Part shown: piece after piece, positions 29,747-40,030 of the stretch | Position numbering within the stretch: position 1 is the first letter of the stretch | How the letters are laid out: every line of letters begins with the position of its first letter | From: an uncultured cyanobacterium | GTDB lineage: Bacteria; Cyanobacteriota; Cyanobacteriia; CAKZMO01 | Assembly (NCBI GenBank): GCA_963719515.1 | Contig: CAVRCJ010000010.1 | Span: 32,001-96,000, forward strand | Reading direction: 5' to 3' | DNA length: 64,000 nt | Made by a program: the position numbers and the translations under genes | The notes under the pieces: model-generated | Databases searched by the model: none | Told to the model about the DNA's origin: nothing | What the model saw: only the letters and a program-made list of their open reading frames with translations

Positions 29747-30277
29747 CTATCCACCGGTTAGCCCCAGCAGCACTAGTCCTCCCACCAGCATAATCACTCC
29801 CAACCCCAGCCACACGAACCCGTTTTCTCGGGTGTTTACCTGGCTTAGATCTACTGGTTCTGGCTTCGGGCTTGGCTTCGGCGGGCGCGATCGCTTTGGC
29901 GGTGCGTACTGCGACAGTCCCTTGCCCGAGCCGCCCTCTTCTAATGAGGACAGATCGGGAATCGGAGTGATCCATTCGGGCCGCAGCTTGAGCTGCGGGG
30001 CCTCCAAGATATACAGCAGTCGTCGGGCCTGCTTGGCGGTGACGGAGTCTGGATGACGGGTCACCTGACGGCATAGGGTGATGGCGTCCTGCATTTGCCC
30101 CTGGGCTTGGTAGGCGGTCACCAGCCAAATCCCCACCTCTCCGCCAAAGGGAGAAATTCTGTCCACCAAGCTGACCGCTTTTTCTAGAAGCTGTACGGCT
30201 TGGCGATACTGCCCCCGCTCAAAGGCCAGCTTCCCCAGCTCGTACTGCTGGCGGGCAATCGTACGCTGATCCGTCAT
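29747..30277 (-). CDS. TPR-containing protein with C-terminal TM anchor
   Basis: YELGKLAFERGQYRQAV TPR, LLYILEAP, hydrophobic C-terminus; directly downstream of argB. Confidence 0.8.
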   Translation of the reverse strand: MTDQRTIARQQYELGKLAFERGQYRQAVQLLEKAVSLVDRISPFGGEVGIWLVTAYQAQGQMQDAITLCRQVTRHPDSVTAKQARRLLYILEAPQLKLRPEWITPIPDLSSLEEGGSGKGLSQYAPPKRSRPPKPSPKPEPVDLSQVNTRENGFVWLGLGVIMLVGGLVLLGLTGG

Positions 30278-30284
30278 GCTCTCG

Positions 30285-31250
30285 CTACTGGAAACTCACG
30301 TTCTGGGAAAACTCTTCGGCGAACTCTGAAGCAACGATCATGCTGCCCACCCCAGCATCCGTCAAAATCTCTAGCAGCAGGGCATGGGGCACCCGACCAT
30401 CGATAATGTGAGTGGCTCGTACCCCTTGAGCAAGCGATCGCACGCAGCAGTTCACCTTCGGAATCATACCCCCAGCGACAACCCCCTCGTCTATGAGGTC
30501 GCGGGCCTGCTGAATGTTGAGCTTGGGCACCAGGCTATCCGGCTCGCTGCGATCGCGCAGAATACCGGGAATGTCGGTGAGCAAAATCAGCTTCTCAGCT
30601 CCTAGCGCCGCCGCTAGCTCTCCCGCCACGGTATCGGCGTTGATGTTGTAGGCTTGTCCGGTTTCATCCGCCGCAACGCTTGAGATGACTGGGATATAGC
30701 CTGCTGCCGACAGCGTCTCGACCACTTTTGGGTCCAAAACGTTGACCTCTCCCACAAAGCCAATGCCCTCGTTGCCCTGAGAGCGGGCGCGAATCAAGTT
30801 GCCGTCTTTACCGCTCAGACCAACTGCCGATCCGCCAGCCTGACTGATAAGCGTCACAATCTCCTTATTGACTCGGCCCACGAGCACCATCTCCACAACA
30901 TCCATGGTGGCGGCATTGGTAACCCGCAGACCGTTCTTGAACTGCGGCTCAATGCCCAGCTTTCCCAGCCAGGTATTGATTTCAGGGCCGCCGCCGTGCA
31001 CCAGCACCGGGCGCAGCCCCACGCAAGACAGAAACACCACATCTCGCATCACGTCTGCCTTGAGACGGCCATCTTTCATCGCTGCCCCACCGTACTTAAT
31101 GACAACGGTGCGGCCGGTAAATCGCTGGATGTAGGGCAGCGCTTCGCTCAGAACCTTAACGCGAGACGCGGCGGCAGCTTTGAAAGATTCGGTGTCAGTT
31201 GAAGTAGTACGCACTGGGCTAGAGGCAGCTAAAAGACTATTTCTCAGCAT
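30285..31250 (-). CDS. argB: Acetylglutamate kinase
   Basis: [34 protein letters not shown]. Confidence 0.97.
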   Translation of the reverse strand: MLRNSLLAASSPVRTTSTDTESFKAAAASRVKVLSEALPYIQRFTGRTVVIKYGGAAMKDGRLKADVMRDVVFLSCVGLRPVLVHGGGPEINTWLGKLGIEPQFKNGLRVTNAATMDVVEMVLVGRVNKEIVTLISQAGGSAVGLSGKDGNLIRARSQGNEGIGFVGEVNVLDPKVVETLSAAGYIPVISSVAADETGQAYNINADTVAGELAAALGAEKLILLTDIPGILRDRSEPDSLVPKLNIQQARDLIDEGVVAGGMIPKVNCCVRSLAQGVRATHIIDGRVPHALLLEILTDAGVGSMIVASEFAEEFSQNVSFQ

Positions 31251-31271
31251 ACCATCCCCACATTCGCAGCC

Positions 31272-31604
31272 CTATAGGATTCGCGTCAGGGCCGCGACCT
31301 TAGTGAGCTTGGCGGGTTCAAGTCCGGCTAGATCCTCGGCTGCAAGCCATCCCTCTTTCGTCAGTTTTGCCAAAACGAAAAGAACCTCTTCCTCTCTATC
31401 GTCATACTTACCGTCAATGTCAAAGCGGCGAGCGCTCAAAAAATCGTTCAGACGCCAAACGTCATTGAGCTGCTCAACTTGAGTCGCTTTTTCGCGCACC
31501 CACTGAACTAAGCCGTCGGTTTCTCGCTTACGCGCCGTCTGTAGGGCTGTTTTGACAATCTGTTGCTCCTGAACGGACCAGTGAGTTTTACTTACCTGCA
31601 TCAC
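31272..31604 (-). CDS. frp: Fluorescence recovery protein
   Basis: WS..EQ, WRLNDFLSARRFDIDGKYD, LTKEGWL; downstream of ocp. Confidence 0.93.
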   Translation of the reverse strand: MMQVSKTHWSVQEQQIVKTALQTARKRETDGLVQWVREKATQVEQLNDVWRLNDFLSARRFDIDGKYDDREEEVLFVLAKLTKEGWLAAEDLAGLEPAKLTKVAALTRIL

Positions 31605-31688
31605 TAAATATTTGAATAACTTATGTGTATAACTTCAATATCCCTCAGTATCAGCTTTTTTGCAAAACTTTACACTCTCTCATAAACC

Positions 31689-31765
31689 GGACCGAAGCCT
31701 TGAAGAAGGCTTCGGTCCAGATTGGGACACCGATTGAGCGGAGCCGAAGCTGAATTAGCTTCGGC
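31689..31765 (-). terminator. Twin hairpins between ocp and frp
   Basis: GGACCGAAGCCTT-gaag-AAGGCTTCGGTCC (31689-31718) and GCCGAAGCT-gaatt-AGCTTCGGC (31743-31765). Confidence 0.65.
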
Positions 31766-31775
31766 CACAGCGAGC

Positions 31776-32735
31776 CTATCGCATCAGATTCAGGAGCTCT
31801 TTGGGAGACGCGAGCAGGTCAATTGCCACAAAGAAAATTTTGCCGTCTGGGTTGAGCAAGAACCGCCAGGCAATATTCATCCCAACGCTCGCGCCAAACC
31901 AAGGGGTCTGAACCTTCCCGGTGACCTTAGTCTGAGTGAAGCCGTCGTCAGCGGGCTCAGTCACCCCGCGCTCAGGAATAAGATTTAGGTTCTGACACTC
32001 TTCTCTAAAAAAGCGCAGGACGTTGTCTTTACCGACAATCGGCTTTCGAAAAGGAGGCTGCAGAGCACCATCAGGGGCGAATAGCCCAATGAGAGCGTCG
32101 AAATCGTTGGCATTCAGGTTATTCATGTACGACAAGATCGTAGCGTTATCGACCCCTTCGATCTTGACCTTGGTGCGCTTGTTCATATCCTGAGGCGGTT
32201 CGACGGGCTCTGAGACGCGGGCTGCTGCGTCCAAATTGCCTTGGTCAAACCCCATATCCAAGACCGAATTTCGGAGCACGGTGATTTGCTGTCCCGACTC
32301 GAGGCTTCTGATGTCTTGCAGCACCGCTGAAGCATTGGCAGAGAGCTTGTAGCCCTCCGGAATAGGCGCGACAGACCCATCTGCCATCCACTGACCGAGC
32401 TGGTACCAAAACCCTAGCTTGATGTTGGGAGACCAGGAGGCATAGGTTCGACAGAGGGGGGTATCAACCCGGTTCGCCAAGTTACACATTGCCTGAGACT
32501 GCTCTTGGAAAGACATTTCTCGGACCTCTTTCAAGGTGCGCTCCGCAAACTGCATGCTGGCAGCACCGAGGGCGACATCTGTAATAGACTTGCCCATTTC
32601 CAGGTAGGCAAACCAAATAAGCGCCAGCTGATCCTCAGCGCTGAGCTGGTTAAACCTTGCGATGGTAGCCGGTACAGCGTCGGCTGTTAGCGTGCTGGGA
32701 AAGATATTGCGGGCTGATTCGATAGTAAATGGCAT
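31776..32735 (-). CDS. ocp: Orange carotenoid protein (OCP1 type, FRP-linked)
   Basis: MPFTIESARNIFP start (ATG 32735, AGGAG RBS), EDQLALIWFAY, KVQTPWFG, IDLLASPKELL. Confidence 0.97.
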   Translation of the reverse strand: MPFTIESARNIFPSTLTADAVPATIARFNQLSAEDQLALIWFAYLEMGKSITDVALGAASMQFAERTLKEVREMSFQEQSQAMCNLANRVDTPLCRTYASWSPNIKLGFWYQLGQWMADGSVAPIPEGYKLSANASAVLQDIRSLESGQQITVLRNSVLDMGFDQGNLDAAARVSEPVEPPQDMNKRTKVKIEGVDNATILSYMNNLNANDFDALIGLFAPDGALQPPFRKPIVGKDNVLRFFREECQNLNLIPERGVTEPADDGFTQTKVTGKVQTPWFGASVGMNIAWRFLLNPDGKIFFVAIDLLASPKELLNLMR

Positions 32736-32920
32736 GGTGTTGGTTGTGCTCCTTCGTCTGAAAGTTGGTTGATTCTTGTAGGGCTTTATTACTTTTTGTA
32801 ACAAAACCTAGCAAAACCTATATATTTACAGTACGGGAGGCTCGTCCTGTTGTAAAGGACGTTAGAGCGCGAGATGCTTAAATGCGGTGAGCAAAATCGC
32901 TTCTCAGCCGCCGAGGGGAA

Positions 32921-34624
32921 CTAATCCACCCTCGGTAGAATTAAATCTACCCCTGATGCCTCTGTCACCAGCTGCCCTAGACGCTGCCGCAGCGTCTCCA
33001 GCCCCAGGCGATCGCGGGCCGACACAAACACCGCATCGGGGTAGAGGGCCTTGGCCGTCTCCAGCACCTCGCTGTCCACCTGGTCCAGTTTGTTAAAAGC
33101 CAGCAGGTTGAGTCCCGGCGTCAGCTCCAGGTCGCCCAAAATCTTCTCCACTGAGTGAATCTGGCTTTGCCAGGCCGGGTGGGACAGATCCACCACATGC
33201 AGCAGCACATCCGCCTCCGTCACTTCCTCCAGGGTGGCGCGAAAGGCGTCCATCAGCGACGGGGGCAGCTCATGGATAAAGCCCACCGTATCGGTAAGCA
33301 CTAGCGGCACGGACTCTCCCGTTTCTGCATGGGGCACGTTCAGCCGCCGGGTCGTGGGGTCCAGGGTTGCAAACAGCTGGTCTGCGGTATAAACCTGGGC
33401 GTTGGTTAGGGCATTGAGCAGCGTCGACTTGCCCGCGTTGGTATAGCCCACCACCGCCACCGAGGTTACCTCCTGGTTTTGACGCTGCTGCCGCAGTCGT
33501 CCCCGGTGGGCCTGCAGCTGATTGACATCCTTCTGCAGCCGGGAGATGCGGCGCTGAATGGTGCGGCGCTCGGTCTCTAGCTTCGTCTCGCCAGGGCCTC
33601 GGGTACCGATACCGCCTCCCAGTCGGGACATGGCCTGACCTCGGCCAATGAGCCGAGGCATCATGTACTCTAACTGCGCCAGCTCCACCTGCAGTTTTCC
33701 CGCTCCGGTCTGGGCCCTTTGGGCGAAGATATCCAGAATCACCTCAGTGCGGTCCACCACGCGGATGCCGATGCGTGATTCTAGATTACGTACCTGAGCG
33801 GGAGAGAGGTCCTGGGCGAATACCACCAGGGTGGCCCCCGTAGTCTGGGCTGCTAAGGTAATTTCCTGGACTTTGCCTGCGCCCACGACGGTCTGCGGAT
33901 GCAGGTGCGATCGCTTCTGAGACAGGGTCTCAATCACATCGCCCCCCGCCGTATCTACCAAGCGTCCCACCTCTGCCAAGCGATCGCTGAAGGCTTGGGC
34001 CGTTAGGCCCTTGGTAACCACCCCGACCACCAAGACCCGGTCGTGGTCGCTGTCCACCTGCTGTGCCACAAACTCGCGGCGGAACTCTTCTTCTAGCCCC
34101 TCAACGAGATCAATAAAGTCCTGGCTAGCGATGTCGTCTAGGGTTGTGGGTGGCGACACTGTCCAGCGCGCTTGAGGGATTAGATGGGCCAAGTAGCCCC
34201 CATCAACGTAGCCCGTACCGCCGCCCCCCCGCCGCTGAAACCCTTCCCCCGACAGCGTCAAAATAGCCAGCGCATCAAGCCGCTGAATAGCCATTGCCGT
34301 CAGGGTGGCCTCACTGGGCGGGTCGGGGGTGCGCTGGGTGGCTAAGCAGCGCAGGCCACAGAGACGCTCCGCGCCATATCGCGGCAGTTCTATTGGGGGG
34401 ATTTGGGTCTGGCGAGGGGAGCCCACCCCTACCCGCACGACATGGCCCCGCCGGTCGACATAGGCGCACAGCGGCTGGTCGACGCTCTGACTGGCAGAGG
34501 CAAGGCGCTGCGCAAATTCGGGCGTGGTAACGCGATCGCGGGGCAGCCGCTGGTGGTAGAGCCGCCGGAGCTGCTTGAGCTGACTGGGTTTGAGACCTTG
34601 GATCTGTCCGTAAATCGTTTCGAT
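32921..34624 (-). CDS. hflX: GTPase HflX, with probable non-AUG (ATC) start
   Basis: G1 GYTNAGKS, QLFATLDPT, DTVG, NKLD. The frame stays open upstream of track start 34438 and reads IETIYGQIQGLKPSQLKQL..., the cyanobacterial HflX N-terminus. Confidence 0.92.
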   Translation of the reverse strand: METIYGQIQGLKPSQLKQLRRLYHQRLPRDRVTTPEFAQRLASASQSVDQPLCAYVDRRGHVVRVGVGSPRQTQIPPIELPRYGAERLCGLRCLATQRTPDPPSEATLTAMAIQRLDALAILTLSGEGFQRRGGGGTGYVDGGYLAHLIPQARWTVSPPTTLDDIASQDFIDLVEGLEEEFRREFVAQQVDSDHDRVLVVGVVTKGLTAQAFSDRLAEVGRLVDTAGGDVIETLSQKRSHLHPQTVVGAGKVQEITLAAQTTGATLVVFAQDLSPAQVRNLESRIGIRVVDRTEVILDIFAQRAQTGAGKLQVELAQLEYMMPRLIGRGQAMSRLGGGIGTRGPGETKLETERRTIQRRISRLQKDVNQLQAHRGRLRQQRQNQEVTSVAVVGYTNAGKSTLLNALTNAQVYTADQLFATLDPTTRRLNVPHAETGESVPLVLTDTVGFIHELPPSLMDAFRATLEEVTEADVLLHVVDLSHPAWQSQIHSVEKILGDLELTPGLNLLAFNKLDQVDSEVLETAKALYPDAVFVSARDRLGLETLRQRLGQLVTEASGVDLILPRVD

Positions 34625-35578
34625 AGGCGTTGAGTCGGTGCGGGGCAGCCGATAAATACAATACCTTTAGTCTAAGCCTTTAGTTTAAATCGGTATTGCG
34701 CTGTTGGTTGAGGAAGGGGCGACGGGAGCCTATCACCGCAAATGACAGTGACATACGCCCCGGGGGCGATCGCCCCTGATAGATACCGCTTCGCTGAACA
34801 CTTGACAAGGATTTTCCTGCGTGGCTTTACGTAGCGCTATCCGCTGGCCACAGAGAGCTGATGACAAAAATTGGAAGGCTCCCCAGCAAATTATCAACAA
34901 GTTCTCTGACTTTATTCCAAATTTTTTCGAATAGTCTTTCAAATTAAACTGCGCTGAGTCTTGTGGCTTATGTGATCTTGTCCCTGTGGAAAGCTCGCAA
35001 ATGGGCTTCAGATTGGACGGCGGTAATCTGGCGCAACCTAGTTTTTACTGATGTTTAATTTTACTACGGAAGAAGTTCCGTCCATTTTGCTAGAAGCAGC
35101 GGCTTAAGAATCAACCTCTGCCTGCGGTGGGTGACTCCTAAATTGGGTTTCACCCCCTTTGCAAATCTTGACTAGCTTAGATATGGTCTAAATGAAAGAG
35201 CAAGTCGCCTGGAAAAATATGCTAGTTAAAGTAGGTTGATTAGCGCTTATGTGAAGCAAGCTATTTCGAGTGACGAGCGCTTTCGAGGCTGACGCCGTTC
35301 AGCATAAGACCTGAGATTCTAGCTGAAGTGAAATAAATTACTTCTCAAAGCGAGAAATATTTTCTAGATAATCTGTTAGCCCGACTCGCGTCCTTTGGCT
35401 TCTAGATGTTCAGCAAATAAAACAAAAACGGCTTCTAAATTTAGAGTGGAGACGTCAGTTTTCTAGATACGCTACCGGACTCAGCTTGTGCCGGCTCACC
35501 TTAAACAGTAAGCCGGTGAAAAAAGAAAGATCAGCTCGCCGCTGTTGCCACTCACCTCGCCTGTAGGACTACGTAAAA

Positions 35579-38500
35579 ATGAGAGATGCTCTAACGGTTG
35601 GCATCAATACCTATCAGTATTTGCCGAAGCTGAAGACTCCAGCTAATGACGCGAATGCGATCGCCACTTTATTGGAGCAATACGGTAGCTTTCGCGTCCA
35701 GCGCCTGCCCGAGGTCATCCGTGAAGAGCGGGCTACCGTCGGACGACGAACGCCGGTTACTCTTCCAGAGTTAGAGTCGGCTTTGATTCGCCTGTTTAAG
35801 CCCCCCGGTTCTAATGTGCCCCAAACGGCATTGTTTTACTTCTCAGGGCACGGCATTCAGCGGCATGCAGGCATTCGGGAGGGTTATTTGGCCCTGTCGG
35901 ACTCTCAACCTGAGGCCGGGGCAGCGGGGCTGTCGCTATTTTGGCTGCGGCGACTGCTGCAGGAAAGCCCAGTTCGGCAGCGCATCGTCATTCTAGACTG
36001 CTGTCACAGTGGCGAATTACTCACCTTCCTAGAGGCCGATCCCGGAGCGCGGCCTGGCACCGACCGTATGTTTATGGTGGCCTGCCGGGAGTACGAAGCG
36101 GCCTATGAGTCTCTCACCAGTGATCACAGCATCTTTACCGAGGCCATCTTGAGTGGGCTTGATCCTCGCTGCCATGCTGCGGGCCGCGTCACCAACTACT
36201 CCCTCACGAGCGGGGCGAATCGAGCGCTCCAAGGGCAGCCCCAGCAGCCCCTCTTCGAGAATTCGGGGGGAGAAATTCTGCTCACCGCTAGCAGCACTCA
36301 GCTACGGGCTCGGTCTGATGGGGACGACTACTGCCCCTATCCAGGGCTGGCTCCGTTTGATAGCGGTCACGCCGACTATTACTTTGGGCGGGAGAAGCTC
36401 ACCCGCACGCTCATCGACGAAGTGATTACGCGCCCGCTGGTGACGCTCATTGGTCCTTCGGGCTGCGGCAAATCTTCCCTACTGCGGGCGGGGCTGATGG
36501 CTCAGCTGCGCCGGGGCCAGGCCTTTCCCGAGAGCGATCGCTGGCGCGTGCGGCTGATGGTGCCAGGCGATCGCCCCCTCAAGCAGCTGGCCGCCGCTTT
36601 CATTGACCCTGACAGCACTGGACTTGAGCGGGCCGAGCAGCTGCGACGGGCGGAGGGGTTTTTGCAGGACGGCGGCCCAGGGCTGACCCAACTCCTGCGC
36701 GGCAGCCTGCTGAAAGAAAGCGCCAGCGGCTTGGGGCCACGTCCACGATTTGTGCTCGTGATCGATCAGTTTGAAGAGCTGTTTACCCTGTGCCACAGCG
36801 ATCGCAGTCAAGCCGAGCGGCGGCAGATGATTGATGCGCTATTGCATGCGCTGCGGGAGGCCCAAAGCTGTTTTCGCGTCGTTGTGGGGCTGCGAGCAGA
36901 CTTTTTGGGCCGCTGCCTCCAAGATGATGCCTTGGCGGCGGCGATGACGCCAGGACTGCTGCGGGTGCTTCCCCTATCCTACGAGCAGCTCAAAGCAGCT
37001 ATTCTCAAGCCTGCTCAAAAAGTAAACCTCTATTGCGAACCCCACCTTGTGTACGCCATGCTGTTTGACATCGTTGGTGCGCCGGGGGAGCTACCGCTGC
37101 TGCAGTACACGCTGCGCCAGCTGTGGCAGCAGCGTCAGCAAAATACGCTCACCCAAGCAGCCTACACGGCTTTGGACGGCGTTCACGGCATCCTGCACAC
37201 CCGCGCCTCCCAGGTGTTTGACCATCTCTCGGTAACCCAGCAGGACATTGCGAAGTGCATTTTCCTGGCGCTCACCCAGCTGGGGGACGGCACCGAAGAC
37301 ACGCGGCGGCGGGTGGCAAAATCCCATCTGCTGCAGCTGGCTTACGCGCCCCGAGCCATCGAAGAAACCCTAGAAATCTTGGTGAACGAGAAGCTTATTA
37401 TCACAAGTCATCGAGACCTAGACTGCTCTGAGGGAAAGACTCTGGAGGGCCACCGCGAAACGGTGGATATTGCCCATGAAGCCCTAATTCGCCGCTGGCC
37501 GCTATTGCAGGGGTGGTTGGACGAAAATCGGGACATGCTGCGGCGGCAGCGAAGTCTGGAGCAGGCGGCAACGGTCTGGTATCAAGCCGGGCAGCCTGAC
37601 CATGTAGAGTATCTGCTTCAGGGGAGTCGCCTTCTCGACGCCGAAGAATTTCTTCACCAGCCCAACTATAAGCCTACTCGCCTAGTCAAGCAGTACGTCG
37701 CCCTCAGCCGCGCCACCAACCAGCGATCGCATTGGGAGCGGCGACGACTGCAGTTTGCTCTGCCCTGCATTATTCTGATGGCCTTGGTCGCCGGCTTTTC
37801 TCAGTACTATGGCGCGGCGAGGGCACGCTCAATTCAGACGGCACAGCTGCGCCAGCTGCAGTCACGAGAGCAGGCGGCAATCGCTCAAGATCTGCTCGAT
37901 GACCCCACCAGTGATCCGACGACGGCGCTGCTCATCGGCGCGCTGGCCCTCGAGAGTGCCCCCACCCCCGCCGCGCAGACCAGCGTTCGCCAGGCGCTGG
38001 CACAGCTTCCGCTCCAGACTCTATCGCTGGACTCAGGGCCAATTACCCAGATTGCGGCTGATGCCGGGCAGCTGGCGATCGCTAGCGCTGATGACACCAT
38101 TCGCTTGTGGTCTTCCCGTCGCCGGGGGCTGCAGCGCCCTAATCATCGCGCTGCAGCACAGCAGCTCTCGGCTCCGGACTATTTGCTCTCGGCCTCTCGG
38201 TCGCCGCTTGACCCTGAGGCCAAAGCTGTGACCCATCTCGCCTTTAGCGCCGATGGGTCAGCGCTAGTCGCCGCCACTGAATCGGTGACGGGCAGCACTT
38301 TAATTCGCCTGTGGTCTACTGATGGGGTGCTGCTGCATGAGCAGGACATCGACAGCCCTGTGACGGCGCTGGCGGTCAGCCCAACGGGGCGCTGGGTGGC
38401 AGCGGCAACTGCGGATAGCCTGCTGGTGTGGGAGCCTCAGAATAAGGTGGCAGAACTCGCCGCAAAGCCACTTTCCAAGATCAAAGCGCTACAGTTCCAG

Positions 38501-39952
38501 AGCGATACCGCCCTAGTCTCATTTAGCGGCCAGACTCTCCACCACTGGCGGCTCGGTTCGTCACCTTCTCTTCAGGAAACCCAGCAATTAGAGCCCCCTG
38601 GTGCTGCAGGTCCTGGCGCTACTCACTCTAGTTTTGCTCGTTTCAGCGCCGATGCGTCTCAGATCGCCGTTTCATCTCAGGAGGTCGGTCACCTCAACAT
38701 TTGGCAGACTTCTACCGGAGCGGTCCGGACGGTGACCTCTAGCCTGGGAGGTGATATGGCCTGTGCCGGGTCGCGGTTCCAGCGGATAGACCGCAACCAC
38801 CGCTATACGGCGACCGTTGTGTCAGACGCAGCGCAGCGCTACCTTTGCGTTAAGCCCCTAGAGCATCCCCAGTCTCTCGCCTTTAGGCTGGACGACGCAC
38901 CGACCGCGATCGCCTTTAGTGAGCAGGGGGATTACCTTTTAACAGGAGATGTGTCTGGCACGGTACGCATCTGGTCTTTAGGGGGAGGAGAGCTGCCAAC
39001 TATTGCGGCAGTTGAGCCGGTCCGCTGGATTCGCTTTCAGCCCCAGGCCACCCTGACTCAGCAGGGTCTACAGAGTATCGGAGTAGCCAGCGACCTGAAT
39101 CTCATCTCTCCCCCACCGGGCCCCGCTCGGCTCGTGGGAGTTACCGACGGGGGTGACGTGAGCTATCGCGTTGCAGCTGGGCTGACCGCGCTGCTGACCC
39201 CTTCCCCTCCCGCCGCACCCGCGCAGGATACCGCAGACCGGGCGATCGCCACAGCTCCTATCGCCTGGAGCGCGGACGGTGATCAAAAACTGATTCCCCA
39301 AGGGAAAACAGTGCATCTTAAGGAGGTTTCTTCAGGGGAAGAATTCCAGCTAGAACACGAGTCTGACGTCTTGGCGGCTCACTTTAGCCAAGAGGGCGCT
39401 TGGATTGTGACGGTTGAGGCCAGCCGAGCGACCCTCTGGAATACTGTGTCGCGGCAGATTGCCCATCGGTTCGAGCATGACGCTGAAGGTAAGCTCACTG
39501 CTGCGGCAGCAGATGCCAAACAAGGGCGCTTTGCGCTCGGCGACAACACCGGTAAGATTCACCTTTGGGATACCGCTCAGGGACGCCTTCTGGCGCGCTT
39601 TCAGGCTCATACTTCCGCCCTCTCTGCCCTAGCCCTCAGCCCAGACGGTAAGAGTCTGGCCAGCGCCGATCGCAGGGGTCAAGCTAGCCTGTGGCAGCGC
39701 TCGACCGAGGACGGAGTCGCCCAGCCGCTTGAGCTGGCGCATGGCGACAGCCCCTTTGTTCAACTTGCTTTTAGCCCCACTGGAGACTATCTGGCGCTGT
39801 TGGACCAGATGGGACAAATTCACCTGCGCGTTGGCCGCCCCGAGCCACTGAGACAGCTGTCCCAAGACCGGGCTGGGCGATCGCTCACGGCGCGAGAATG
39901 TCGGCAGCATTTGGTACCGACAGTGGACTGTCAACGGCTAGACGGCGAGTAG
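35579..39952 (+). CDS. Caspase (peptidase C14)-STAND NTPase-TM-WD40 multidomain protein
   Basis: FYFSGHG (His) and ILDCCHSG (Cys); CPYPGL..F, GPSGCGKSS, VIDQFEELF, LPLLQYTL, HEALIRRWP; hydrophobic helix near 37750-37810; degenerate WD40 repeats. Confidence 0.92.
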   Translation: MRDALTVGINTYQYLPKLKTPANDANAIATLLEQYGSFRVQRLPEVIREERATVGRRTPVTLPELESALIRLFKPPGSNVPQTALFYFSGHGIQRHAGIREGYLALSDSQPEAGAAGLSLFWLRRLLQESPVRQRIVILDCCHSGELLTFLEADPGARPGTDRMFMVACREYEAAYESLTSDHSIFTEAILSGLDPRCHAAGRVTNYSLTSGANRALQGQPQQPLFENSGGEILLTASSTQLRARSDGDDYCPYPGLAPFDSGHADYYFGREKLTRTLIDEVITRPLVTLIGPSGCGKSSLLRAGLMAQLRRGQAFPESDRWRVRLMVPGDRPLKQLAAAFIDPDSTGLERAEQLRRAEGFLQDGGPGLTQLLRGSLLKESASGLGPRPRFVLVIDQFEELFTLCHSDRSQAERRQMIDALLHALREAQSCFRVVVGLRADFLGRCLQDDALAAAMTPGLLRVLPLSYEQLKAAILKPAQKVNLYCEPHLVYAMLFDIVGAPGELPLLQYTLRQLWQQRQQNTLTQAAYTALDGVHGILHTRASQVFDHLSVTQQDIAKCIFLALTQLGDGTEDTRRRVAKSHLLQLAYAPRAIEETLEILVNEKLIITSHRDLDCSEGKTLEGHRETVDIAHEALIRRWPLLQGWLDENRDMLRRQRSLEQAATVWYQAGQPDHVEYLLQGSRLLDAEEFLHQPNYKPTRLVKQYVALSRATNQRSHWERRRLQFALPCIILMALVAGFSQYYGAARARSIQTAQLRQLQSREQAAIAQDLLDDPTSDPTTALLIGALALESAPTPAAQTSVRQALAQLPLQTLSLDSGPITQIAADAGQLAIASADDTIRLWSSRRRGLQRPNHRAAAQQLSAPDYLLSASRSPLDPEAKAVTHLAFSADGSALVAATESVTGSTLIRLWSTDGVLLHEQDIDSPVTALAVSPTGRWVAAATADSLLVWEPQNKVAELAAKPLSKIKALQFQSDTALVSFSGQTLHHWRLGSSPSLQETQQLEPPGAAGPGATHSSFARFSADASQIAVSSQEVGHLNIWQTSTGAVRTVTSSLGGDMACAGSRFQRIDRNHRYTATVVSDAAQRYLCVKPLEHPQSLAFRLDDAPTAIAFSEQGDYLLTGDVSGTVRIWSLGGGELPTIAAVEPVRWIRFQPQATLTQQGLQSIGVASDLNLISPPPGPARLVGVTDGGDVSYRVAAGLTALLTPSPPAAPAQDTADRAIATAPIAWSADGDQKLIPQGKTVHLKEVSSGEEFQLEHESDVLAAHFSQEGAWIVTVEASRATLWNTVSRQIAHRFEHDAEGKLTAAAADAKQGRFALGDNTGKIHLWDTAQGRLLARFQAHTSALSALALSPDGKSLASADRRGQASLWQRSTEDGVAQPLELAHGDSPFVQLAFSPTGDYLALLDQMGQIHLRVGRPEPLRQLSQDRAGRSLTARECRQHLVPTVDCQRLDGE

Positions 39953-40030
39953 TGACCCCATAGCGTACGGTTTTACGGTGCCCTGCCTTGCCGCATCTCA
40001 CGTTGCGGCATCCTCCCGCCAGCATTGCCC

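Noticed and set aside
32736..32804. N-terminal extension of OCP
   Set aside because: The canonical MPFTIESAR start with RBS is at 32735.
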